From an uncultured Gammaproteobacteria bacterium (GTDB lineage Bacteria; Cyanobacteriota; Vampirovibrionia; LMEP-6097; CAYGPN01), in assembly GCA_964352085.1 (NCBI GenBank), contig CAYGPN010000007.1, positions 27,725 through 91,724 of the forward strand: a DNA stretch of 64,000 nt, in the 5' to 3' direction. Every line of letters starts with the position of its first letter. Positions within the stretch are counted from its first letter, which is position 1. Below the pieces are notes generated by a model. That model searched no databases and had not been told where the DNA came from. It saw nothing but the letters and a program-made list of their open reading frames with translations. Of this stretch, positions 56,712-64,000 are shown piece after piece. Position numbers and translations under genes: made by a program.

Positions 56712-57301
56712 TCTTTCTCTCCTCTTTGGTAAGTGAATAAAACGGCGACCAAGAGCTTTTGCTCAAATTTGTTTTATTCTTTCTAGGTTAAGTTGGTTTT
56801 GATTCGGTTTCTTCGAATTCAGGTCTAGTCTTATGCATCAAGTTTCTTTCGCCTGAGAAAATCAACTTGGAAAAAATCCTTTCGGATTTGATGTTGGTCC
56901 TTTCGGACACATGCAATGCTTCCTTGCTTTGTTCTATTAACATTATCACTATGCCAGCTACTTGGCTACCCGTATTTCTATATATTTCCTATATTATTTA
57001 TTTTTTGTTTATAATTCAATGAGTTTTCTTTCATTTATTTTTTTAACTTGTTGATAGTAAAGGAATCTCAGTGATGTGTAATTGTAAATTGGTTTTCGTT
57101 TCTTATTTTGAATTAATATTAGACCGTGTGAAAAATAATCGTATTAACTATTTTGGAAGCGGTATTTATTTGAGGAGTGATAGCCTTGCGTGATTTTTTT
57201 AGCTTTATTTCCTTCACTTGAATAAAGCAAAGCGGGCACCGAAAGTGAATACCGCTTCCGAAACCAAGTACTAAGCATTATTTTAGTTATACTGTTAACC
57301 A

Positions 57302-58675
57302 GTGATTAAAACAGTTGTACTAGCGGCAGGCAAAGGCACTCGCCTTAAATCAAAAACACCAAAGGTCTTGCACAGAGTCTTTGATAAGCCGGTTTTGTAT
57401 TGGGTGCTTGATGCGCTTGCTGAAATTCCACAAGATGAAATTATAGTTGTTAGTGGTTATAAATCTGATGACGTTGAAGCTTTTCTTCACGCTTATCCTG
57501 TAACTATGGCTAAGCAAGAATCTCAGTTGGGGACAGGTGATGCACTCAAGAGTGCGGCGGCGGCAATTGGTGATGATTTTGAAGGAACGGTTTTAGTAAT
57601 TAACGGTGATTGTCCTTTAATAAAAGCAGAAACTATAAACTCACTTTTAGATCAACATAAAAAATCTAGAGCTGAAGTGACTTTGCTTACTTGTAGTGTT
57701 TGGAATCCTGGTTCTATGGGGCGCATTGTTAGGCGCAACGATAATATTATTGCAATTCAAGAAGCGAAAGATTGCTCAGAAGCTGAGTCAGCAATTAACG
57801 AAGTTAATGCTGGCGTTTATGCTTTTGATTGGCTTGCTATTAAAGATGGTTTAAAAGCACTTAGAAGTAACAACGCACAAGAAGAATATTATTTAACTGA
57901 TTTAGTTGCTTGGGCTTATAGTCAAGGTTACAAAATTTCTAATTTTAAAACTGAAGATGAGCTAGAGATTTTAGGTGTTAATAATCGTAATGATTTAGCT
58001 AAAGTTGCAGCGATTAAAAATAAAAATACCATTGAAGAACTTCAAGCAAATGGAGTTACCATAATAGATCCAAGCAATACTTACATCTCTCCAGATGTAG
58101 ATATCGATGCTGATACTGTAATTTATCCAGGTACTTATATCCAAAGAAGAGTTGTGATAGGTAAAGGCTGTGAGATTGGACCTAACACTTCGATTTTCGG
58201 TCCAGCTGAAATTGGAAGTGGCTCTACAGTGATTCAGTCTCATATCTTTAGAAGTAGTATTGGTGAGAACTGTTCTGTTGGACCTTTTGCGCATATTAGA
58301 GATGGTAGTGATATTACTGATAATGTAAGAATTGGAAACTTCGTTGAAGTGAAAAATTGTGAGATTGGTGATGGCACTGCTGCAGCGCACCTTAGCTATC
58401 TTGGTGATAGTCAAATAAAATCAAATGTAAACATTGGTGCTGGAACGATTACCGCTAATTATAATTCTCGTACTGGTGAGAAAAACCAAACAGTGATTAA
58501 GAAAGGCGCAAGTACTGGATCAAATTCTGTTTTAGTAGCTCCAGTGGAAATTGGTGAAGGCAGTATGGTAGCTGCTGGAACTGTGGTCACAAATGACGTG
58601 CCGGATCACAGCCTCGCTATAGCGCGCCCTAAGCAAGAAATAAAAGAGCTAAAAAAGAAAGCTGCAGCTAAGTAA
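57302..58675 (+). CDS. glmU: bifunctional UDP-N-acetylglucosamine pyrophosphorylase / glucosamine-1-phosphate N-acetyltransferase
   Basis: 457 aa with a GTG start. N-terminal LAAGKGTRL nucleotidyltransferase motif and C-terminal left-handed beta-helix hexapeptide repeats. Confidence 0.9.
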   Translation: MIKTVVLAAGKGTRLKSKTPKVLHRVFDKPVLYWVLDALAEIPQDEIIVVSGYKSDDVEAFLHAYPVTMAKQESQLGTGDALKSAAAAIGDDFEGTVLVINGDCPLIKAETINSLLDQHKKSRAEVTLLTCSVWNPGSMGRIVRRNDNIIAIQEAKDCSEAESAINEVNAGVYAFDWLAIKDGLKALRSNNAQEEYYLTDLVAWAYSQGYKISNFKTEDELEILGVNNRNDLAKVAAIKNKNTIEELQANGVTIIDPSNTYISPDVDIDADTVIYPGTYIQRRVVIGKGCEIGPNTSIFGPAEIGSGSTVIQSHIFRSSIGENCSVGPFAHIRDGSDITDNVRIGNFVEVKNCEIGDGTAAAHLSYLGDSQIKSNVNIGAGTITANYNSRTGEKNQTVIKKGASTGSNSVLVAPVEIGEGSMVAAGTVVTNDVPDHSLAIARPKQEIKELKKKAAAK

Positions 58676-58743
58676 AAAGTATATTATTATCTTAATTGAG
58701 GAAGCTCAAGTAGTTTAGCTATTTGGGTTTATGAGGAGCTTAA

Positions 58744-59697
58744 ATGATAGATAGAAAAATTGTATTCGATTTACCAATTTCTAATTCTTTCCATGCTTTA
58801 AATGCATGGGAAAGATTTTCACAAGAATTAGCTCAAGCGCATTGGATAATAATTAATGGTCAGAAAATAAATATACGCACTAAAGAAGACAATGCTAACT
58901 ATGAAGCAGGTTTAGTTAAAACGAAAGAAGAATTTTTAAATAAAGGTCACGAAGTAAGAGCCTTATTGACTAAAGTTGACAAAATGGATCGAGGGAGAGA
59001 GTTTGCTTCGAAGCCGGGTCTTATGAAAGAGACTGATCTTCGTAAATCTGCTAAAAGAAAATTCCTAACTGAAGCTTTTGCTAAACTCTCTGGTTTCACT
59101 AAATTTCTAACTGCAAAATATAAAGAGATAAGAGATCATCTGCCGGAAGAAGGATTTAGGACTATTGACTCTATAAAACAACGCATTAAGACTTTTACAG
59201 ATTTTAAAACAGAAGTCTTAACGGGGATTTTGCCTATAAGAGCTCATGCTGAAGCTGGATACTTAGTTGTGGGGGCTGATAAAGCAGCCAAGCCAATTTT
59301 AGAGGGGGTTTTATTTGCTATGCTCCGCGATGTTTACCCAGAGTTTCATGATCAGCGAAGGTTCAAAGGAAGTCTGGAGGACGCGCAAAAGACTTTTGCT
59401 GAGCGCAAAGCATCAATTGGTTTTGAAAAGATGAGTAAATCTATAGGTGGAGCGGTTTTGTATTTAGCTATGGATTTGAAGGATGATTGGAATAAAATTG
59501 ATCAAGATGATCGTTACAGCTCTGCTGGAAATTATTTGGAAAAATATTTTTTAAATGATAAAGGCGATGATGCAGAATCAAACTTTAGTTTGCTTACTAA
59601 TAAACAAATAAAAATGCTAATAAGAGTTTTTAGAAATGATTTTACAAAAGAAGAGTTTCAAAAGATTTTCTATAGCCCGGAATTTTCAGTAAACTAA
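58744..59697 (+). CDS. hypothetical protein (317 aa)
   Basis: Clean ORF with no recognised domain. Confidence 0.4.
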   Translation: MIDRKIVFDLPISNSFHALNAWERFSQELAQAHWIIINGQKINIRTKEDNANYEAGLVKTKEEFLNKGHEVRALLTKVDKMDRGREFASKPGLMKETDLRKSAKRKFLTEAFAKLSGFTKFLTAKYKEIRDHLPEEGFRTIDSIKQRIKTFTDFKTEVLTGILPIRAHAEAGYLVVGADKAAKPILEGVLFAMLRDVYPEFHDQRRFKGSLEDAQKTFAERKASIGFEKMSKSIGGAVLYLAMDLKDDWNKIDQDDRYSSAGNYLEKYFLNDKGDDAESNFSLLTNKQIKMLIRVFRNDFTKEEFQKIFYSPEFSVN

Positions 59698-59701
59698 GTT
59701 G

Positions 59702-59797
59702 TGGATTGCTTCGGCTTTGCCTCGCAATGACGGTTTGGATTGCTTCACTACGTTCACAATGACGGTTTGGATTGCTTCACTACGTTCACAATGACGG
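59702..59797 (+). repeat. dispersed repeat element, copy E: whole 32-bp element tandemly triplicated
   Basis: tggattgcttcggctttgcctcgcaatgacgg followed by (tttggattgcttcactacgttcacaatgacgg) x 2. Confidence 0.85.
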
Positions 59798-59802
59798 TTT
59801 TT

Positions 59803-60096
59803 TTAAGACCAAACATCTAAAATATCGCCACAGAAAGCTGATTCTAGAAAACTAAATATACCGCCCCAGCCAAGTGTTTCTAAAGCTAGTTTTGATCTGC
59901 GTTTGTCTTTTAAAAGTTTGCGTGAGATTTTCTTTCTCAGTTCAAAGTAGTTAACCTTAAGGTCTTTAAGGTCACTAACAATATTAGGTAAGCTTTTTTG
60001 AAAGTTTTTTACTCTTTCTGAAAAGTCTTTTATCTGCGCATTGTTTTCCATGCGCGCAGCTAATTGTTCACCAAGATTAATAAGTAAGTTTGCCAT
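59803..60096 (-). CDS. hypothetical protein (97 aa)
   Basis: ORF only; predicted helical. Confidence 0.35.
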   Translation of the reverse strand: MANLLINLGEQLAARMENNAQIKDFSERVKNFQKSLPNIVSDLKDLKVNYFELRKKISRKLLKDKRRSKLALETLGWGGIFSFLESAFCGDILDVWS

Positions 60097-60147
60097 ACAT
60101 AGCTACAAAGTAGGGTTCTAGGGCTATTTGATATGAATTTTGGATAA

Positions 60148-60663
60148 TTATGCAGTAGGCGAAAGAGTCTCGTTTTGGTACTTTCTAAGGTTTGCTGCTA
60201 GAACATTGTTGTTTTTCTCTTTTAAAGAGCCAAATGCCCTGTATTCAGGCACTTCTGGGTCTGATTTCCAGAGATGAGAACTACGGTCTGGGTCAAATCG
60301 CTTGAAATAGTCATCATCAAGCTCAGACATTGGGAAATCGCGTGCTGGTGGTGGGCTTAATTTGTTATTAAAGACCCATTTGTCCCAGTCATCATTCTCA
60401 TCGGAATCACGCTCAGAGCTTGTGTTTTCGAGTTTATCTTCGAATTCATTTAGCTCATTTTCGAATTCATCAAGATCAAGAAGATCCTCCTTCTCCTCGT
60501 CCTCGCCATTCTCAAAATCAGTAATTTCGCCTTCTAGATAAGGGTCTATTGAGTCCTTTACTTTTTGACGTAGATCTTTAAATTTTGATGTGAGCTTTCC
60601 ATCAGTCTTTTCAGCTCTTTCAATTTCGTTTTCAAGCTCGTTATCTATTGATTCTATTGCCAT
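60148..60663 (-). CDS. hypothetical highly acidic protein (171 aa)
   Basis: Asp/Glu-rich low-complexity ORF (DLLDLDEFENELNEFEDKLEN). Confidence 0.4.
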   Translation of the reverse strand: MAIESIDNELENEIERAEKTDGKLTSKFKDLRQKVKDSIDPYLEGEITDFENGEDEEKEDLLDLDEFENELNEFEDKLENTSSERDSDENDDWDKWVFNNKLSPPPARDFPMSELDDDYFKRFDPDRSSHLWKSDPEVPEYRAFGSLKEKNNNVLAANLRKYQNETLSPTA

Positions 60664-60910
60664 TTATCTGTCCTTACTTATTTGAACATTTACTATTTTA
60701 GAATAAGTAATACCTGTTTGTCAAGCTCTTTTTTACTAATTTAGGTCTATTTTCTGGTCTATCTAGTCTAATTCCACCTGAATTCCTAAAAAATTCTGGA
60801 AGACTCGGCTTTTTTCAGGTCTCTTTATATGAACTATATTATAATCTTCAATTGCAAGTCAAGGATTTTAGGTAATGTTACCCATAATTTATGACAAGCC
60901 GTTCGTTTTT

Positions 60911-60987
60911 CGGGATGTGGCTCAGTTTGGTAGAGCGCTTCGCTTGGGACGAAGAGGTCCCAGGTTCAAATCCTGGTATCCCGACCA
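60911..60987 (+). tRNA. tRNA-Pro (anticodon TGG)
   Basis: cgggatgtggctcagtttggtagagcgcttcgcttgggacgaagaggtcccaggttcaaatcctggtatcccgacca is 77 nt and folds as a cloverleaf, with anticodon loop cttggga. Confidence 0.88.
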
Positions 60988-60994
60988 TTAACGA

Positions 60995-61030
60995 AAAAAA
61001 AGGACCCCCAAGGGTCCTTTTTTATTGAAA
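60995..61030. terminator. bidirectional intrinsic terminator (tRNA-Pro on plus, nuoA on minus)
   Basis: aaaaaaaAAGGACCCccaaGGGTCCTTttttatt: an 8-bp GC-rich stem with a 4-nt loop, flanked by an A-run and a T-run. Confidence 0.65.
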
Positions 61031-61046
61031 AATTTTATTTAGAAAA

Positions 61047-61430
61047 TTAGACTTCTTGATTCCAATTTAGAGCACCTTTACGCCATGCGTAAGCAAGACC
61101 CACAAAAAGAATTCCAACAAATACAAATGTCTCAGCGATGATAAAGCCTCTAGTCCCCGCCTCAAGCGTGTTGTAAAGGTTTGCCCAAGGCATTAAGAAT
61201 ACAAACTCAACATCAAAAATAATAAATAGAATAGCGAACAAGTAGTATTTAATATCGAACTGAACTCTACTCTCCATTTCAATTGGCATACCGCACTCGT
61301 AGACTTCGTTTTTCACGCCACCAGGATTACTGATTCCAAAAACTTTTTGAAGAAATAAACTGAGTGCAAGCAGAATCACACCATTAACCAGTGCAAGAGC
61401 TACTATTAAACCTATTTGACCTGCTGCCAT
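61047..61430 (-). CDS. nuoA: NADH-quinone oxidoreductase subunit A
   Basis: 127 aa with 3 TM. YECGMPIEMESRVQFDIKYYLFAILFIIFDVEFVFLMPWA matches the NuoA/ND3 signature. Confidence 0.85.
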   Translation of the reverse strand: MAAGQIGLIVALALVNGVILLALSLFLQKVFGISNPGGVKNEVYECGMPIEMESRVQFDIKYYLFAILFIIFDVEFVFLMPWANLYNTLEAGTRGFIIAETFVFVGILFVGLAYAWRKGALNWNQEV

Positions 61431-61499
61431 ACAAATAGATTATATATTAAAAATATCTACTATGCATAAAAGCTTCTGTGCCTTTAGTTGATTTTTCTA

Positions 61500-61575
61500 G
61501 CTTGCTTCACCTTCGCTTCGCAATGACAAGCTTGTGCTTCGCAATGACAAGCTTGTGCTTCGCAATGTCAATATT
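61500..61575 (+). repeat. dispersed repeat element, copy F, with 3 x 21-bp tandem units
   Basis: tagcttgcttcacc + (ttcgcttcgcaatgacaagcttgtgc) units. The last unit is degenerate (cgcaatgtcaatattcg). Confidence 0.8.
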
Positions 61576-61577
61576 CG

Positions 61578-63218
61578 CTACCAACCGTATTTGGAATAAA
61601 TTGATAATACCTTATTCCTTTTTACTTTACCTTCTAGGATAGTTTCTTTATTTGCTTCACTGACCTTGCTGATATTTCCAAGAGGGCTTATTTTTGCTGA
61701 GTAGCCTGAATTGCTTGCAAGCAAGATTGCTTTTTTGTTTTCAATAGCTCTAAAAACTGAAGCTGCTAAAAATTGTTTTTTAATAAGATCACTTCGAAAC
61801 CAAGAAAGATCACTAACATTAATAATAAGCTCAGCTCCAGAAATCACCTGCTCTCTTATAAGATTTGGAAAGAGCATCTCAAAACAAATACTAAAACCAA
61901 TCTTTCCAATGCTTGTTTGAACGGCTTCTTGTTTTTGAGGGCCATCAGTGAAACCATCACCCACAACAGATTTCGCTAACTCTTTTAAAAATCTAGGTAG
62001 TAGTTTTAAAAAAGGCGTGTACTCACCAAAAGGCACTAAGTGTCTCTTGTGATAAAAATGTGAAGGATTGTCTTTTTTGTTTTCGTGTAGCTCGATGCTG
62101 TTATAAATTTTGGATTCACCTTTATGATCTTCTATAACGTAAGTGCCAAAGACCATGAGTTTTGGAGACTTAGTTCCTACTAAAGTTTCACTATCGTCTA
62201 ATGTGTGCTTAGCATCTTCTTTATTTATACTAAAGCTAGTTAAGTCTCGAGAAAGAGCTCTTTTGCCGGTAGGCACAGCGCCTTCTGGCCATATTAGAAG
62301 ATCTCTATTTGGCTTTAGCTGCATAGAAAGATCTTTATGCTTTTGCACTATCTTTTCGATGTCTAAGCTTTGACCTCTAATGTTTTCAGCAGAAAGATTT
62401 CCTTGGACTATCCCAAAATTTATTGATTCACCATCAGGGATCTTGGTGTTTAAGCCTGAAATGAAAATTAAAAAGCTAGTAAGAGCTAGCGTGACTATAA
62501 AAATGATATTGCTAGTGTGCTTTTCTAAGCTGCCTATGCTTGATTCAGGAAGATTTAATTCTTTCATCTTGAAGATCTCTTCTTTATTTAGATCAATCAT
62601 ATTTGCAAAGAATAAATTAACGAAAACAATAATAAACTCAACACCAATTGCTCCTATCTTATTTGCGATTTGGATAAAAGCTAAATTTTCAAACTGGCTA
62701 TAAGCTAGCAGGTTGATTGGGATAGCCATTATATTTAATAGAGGAACGCTAGTTGCTATTTTGTGGTGGATGATTACCCAAATGAAAGCTATTAAAATTG
62801 AATTTAAAATGTTTTGTTGGTTAGCACTAAATCTAAAGATTAGTTTTGCAAGAAATGCAAAAGCTACTATAAGGATGCTGTGATAAAGACTCGGCATTAT
62901 CCAAGCTGCAAAAGCTATAAAGAAGCTCTCAAGCTGGGAGTAGCCCTGCCAAGTTAAAGGGTGGATGGTAAGAAGCCAAGTGAAACTTACTAGGTTATAA
63001 ATAATTGCAAAGGTGAAAGACTCTCTTGCTAAGCCCCAATGTGAATTTGAGCTTTTTATTAATAAAAGAAGTGGCACTAAACCAATCCATGCTGTAAATG
63101 AATAGCCCAGAAAAGCTAGTGATGTGGAAAGCAGCGCGCCACCTAGAAGTGCAACTATTACTCTGCAAATTGAGGAGTCAAAGATATGAGCAATTTTTGG
63201 GTTTTTTAGTTTTTGCAT
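61578..63218 (-). CDS. lnt: apolipoprotein N-acyltransferase
   Basis: 546 aa with an N-terminal polytopic membrane domain plus a C-terminal CN-hydrolase domain (...SICFEMLFP... catalytic Cys). Confidence 0.8.
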   Translation of the reverse strand: MQKLKNPKIAHIFDSSICRVIVALLGGALLSTSLAFLGYSFTAWIGLVPLLLLIKSSNSHWGLARESFTFAIIYNLVSFTWLLTIHPLTWQGYSQLESFFIAFAAWIMPSLYHSILIVAFAFLAKLIFRFSANQQNILNSILIAFIWVIIHHKIATSVPLLNIMAIPINLLAYSQFENLAFIQIANKIGAIGVEFIIVFVNLFFANMIDLNKEEIFKMKELNLPESSIGSLEKHTSNIIFIVTLALTSFLIFISGLNTKIPDGESINFGIVQGNLSAENIRGQSLDIEKIVQKHKDLSMQLKPNRDLLIWPEGAVPTGKRALSRDLTSFSINKEDAKHTLDDSETLVGTKSPKLMVFGTYVIEDHKGESKIYNSIELHENKKDNPSHFYHKRHLVPFGEYTPFLKLLPRFLKELAKSVVGDGFTDGPQKQEAVQTSIGKIGFSICFEMLFPNLIREQVISGAELIINVSDLSWFRSDLIKKQFLAASVFRAIENKKAILLASNSGYSAKISPLGNISKVSEANKETILEGKVKRNKVLSIYSKYGW

Positions 63219-63311
63219 TTGGGGTGCTGTAGATACTAGTTTGCTTAAAGAACAAGTCTATCTTAGCAAAAAAAGGAAATGGTGTAATAATGACTTATTA
63301 AAGGGGATTCT

Positions 63312-63812
63312 TTGTCAGAAGCTGATTTTAAAATTTTAGGAATTGATCCAGGAAACGCTAGACTTGGCTACGCCTTGATTGGTGCTGACACTAGTTTACT
63401 AAGTTGCGGAGTTATTGAAACGAGTAAAGATTTAGAAGAAGCCAAGAGACTTGCAGAAATTAGAAAAGATTTAATGGCATTGATTGAGGATTTTGATCCT
63501 GATGTTGTTTCTGTAGAAAAGCTTTTTTTCTTTAAAAATTTAAAGACCATAATTCCTGTAGCACAAGCAAGAGGTGTGATTCTTGAGGTGGCTGGCTCAA
63601 AGGGAATAGCGGTCTATGAGTACACACCTTTGCAGGTCAAACAGATTTTAACTGGGCATGGAAGAGCTGAAAAATCTTTGGTTGCAGAATTAGTAAAAAA
63701 AGAATTTAAGATCGAAGAAGATATAAAACCTGATGATGCAGTTGATGCAATAGCTATTGCATATAGCTATTTGCGGTCCGATCATATGATGAGAGATTTA
63801 GCGGTTAAGTAA
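63312..63812 (+). CDS. ruvC: crossover junction endodeoxyribonuclease
   Basis: 166 aa. ILGIDPGNARLGYALI and the downstream catalytic Asp/Glu (VEKLFFFKN..., DAVDAIAIAY) match RuvC. Confidence 0.9.
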   Translation: MSEADFKILGIDPGNARLGYALIGADTSLLSCGVIETSKDLEEAKRLAEIRKDLMALIEDFDPDVVSVEKLFFFKNLKTIIPVAQARGVILEVAGSKGIAVYEYTPLQVKQILTGHGRAEKSLVAELVKKEFKIEEDIKPDDAVDAIAIAYSYLRSDHMMRDLAVK

Positions 63813-63816
63813 TAAT

Positions 63817-64000
63817 TTAAACAATTGGAGTTAGGTCTAAAGTTTTAGTTTTTACTGTAAATTTATGACCTTCAATTTCCATGTCAAATTTATCTAAACC
63901 CTTGTGGATTGCAGTATTGCGAAGATGAAGAACATGATTCATTTGCTCAGAATTCAATTCTAGATCGTCTACATTTAAAGTTTCATTTTTTTCTAATTTA
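63817..64000 (-). CDS. partial hypothetical CDS (C-terminal 60 aa only; convergent with ruvC)
   Basis: The reverse frame ...LEKNETLNVDDLELNSEQMNHVLHLRNTAIHKGLDKFDMEIEGHKFTVKTKTLDLTPIV* is open to the window end. Confidence 0.3.
   Translation of the reverse strand, partial: KLEKNETLNVDDLELNSEQMNHVLHLRNTAIHKGLDKFDMEIEGHKFTVKTKTLDLTPIV

Noticed and set aside
56712-57301. Scanned the large non-coding region for tmRNA, RNase P, SRP or 6S RNA signatures.
   Set aside because: No tRNA-like end or tag-peptide reading frame (tmRNA), no GGAAAGUCCGG-type P4 (RNase P), and no GGAAGCAGCCA-type domain IV (SRP). This stays unassigned beyond the long-range stem already noted.
1505-63550. The remaining short track ORFs (about 60-105 aa) on the strand opposite to confidently identified genes, for example 1505..1783, 2516..2911, 4032..5021, 6753..7545, 13861..14088, 16721..16973, 21512..21757, 22275..22505, 24822..25010, 27277..28148, 29779..32601, 41041..42141, 45016..46475, 47909..48100, 49689..49916, 50584..50874, 54126..54317, 55160..55393, 57995..58414 and 61711..63550.
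   Set aside because: All are fully embedded antisense to, or in alternative frames of, genes with clear homology. They have biased low-complexity composition and no start signals.

Overview
The window is 64 kb from a low-GC bacterium, roughly 37-38% GC by eye. It is a diderm: it carries Lnt, NuoA, PilC/GspF, and many genes with Sec signal peptides. Coding density is high and both strands are used. The sequence supports the following housekeeping genes:
- A partial arginine succinyltransferase cluster: astD (cut by the window edge), astA, and an M20 peptidase.
- nnr and a Gdx/SugE-type SMR exporter.
- hisB and hisF, which lie about 11 kb apart.
- icd, proB, glnA and rsmI.
- A complete pyrimidine block: pyrB-carA-[inserted ORFan]-carB, then pyrK-pyrD-pyrF-pyrE, with a class 1B dihydroorotate dehydrogenase.
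- A 4-domain S1 protein, coaD, thiL, glmU, nuoA, lnt and ruvC.
- Four tRNAs: Ala-TGC, Gly-GCC and Pro-TGG.

Many ORFans and large secreted proteins are interspersed among these.

Three things stand out.

First, an apparently intact RiPP-type cluster sits at 14.6-16.6 kb. It has a Sec-signal precursor peptide whose C-terminus is a tandem CKGDHD Cys/His/Asp repeat. This is followed by a DUF692 (MNIO) enzyme and its DUF2063 partner, then an uncharacterised 624-aa protein. This looks like a new member of the methanobactin/bufferin/Hvf-like copper-chelating peptide family, with an unusual core.

Second, a dense dispersed repeat family of GGATTGCTTCGC...CGCAATGAC hairpin units occurs at six loci in the window. 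These include local tandem arrays of 18-32 bp. All six copies lie in the same strand orientation. One copy appears to be embedded in-frame in the 5' end of pyrD.

Third, a secretion/protease island at 27-36 kb carries pilC/gspF. It also holds a histone-H1-like Lys-rich secreted protein and a 1443-aa metzincin (HETGHAIGLDH with a Met-turn) carrying about nine PPC domains and two PKD domains. It further holds a small secreted protein and a divergently transcribed Wzy_C/O-antigen-ligase-like protein with a TPR tail.

The lineage cannot be assigned from the sequence. Class 1B PyrDK and a short S1 argue against a typical gammaproteobacterium.
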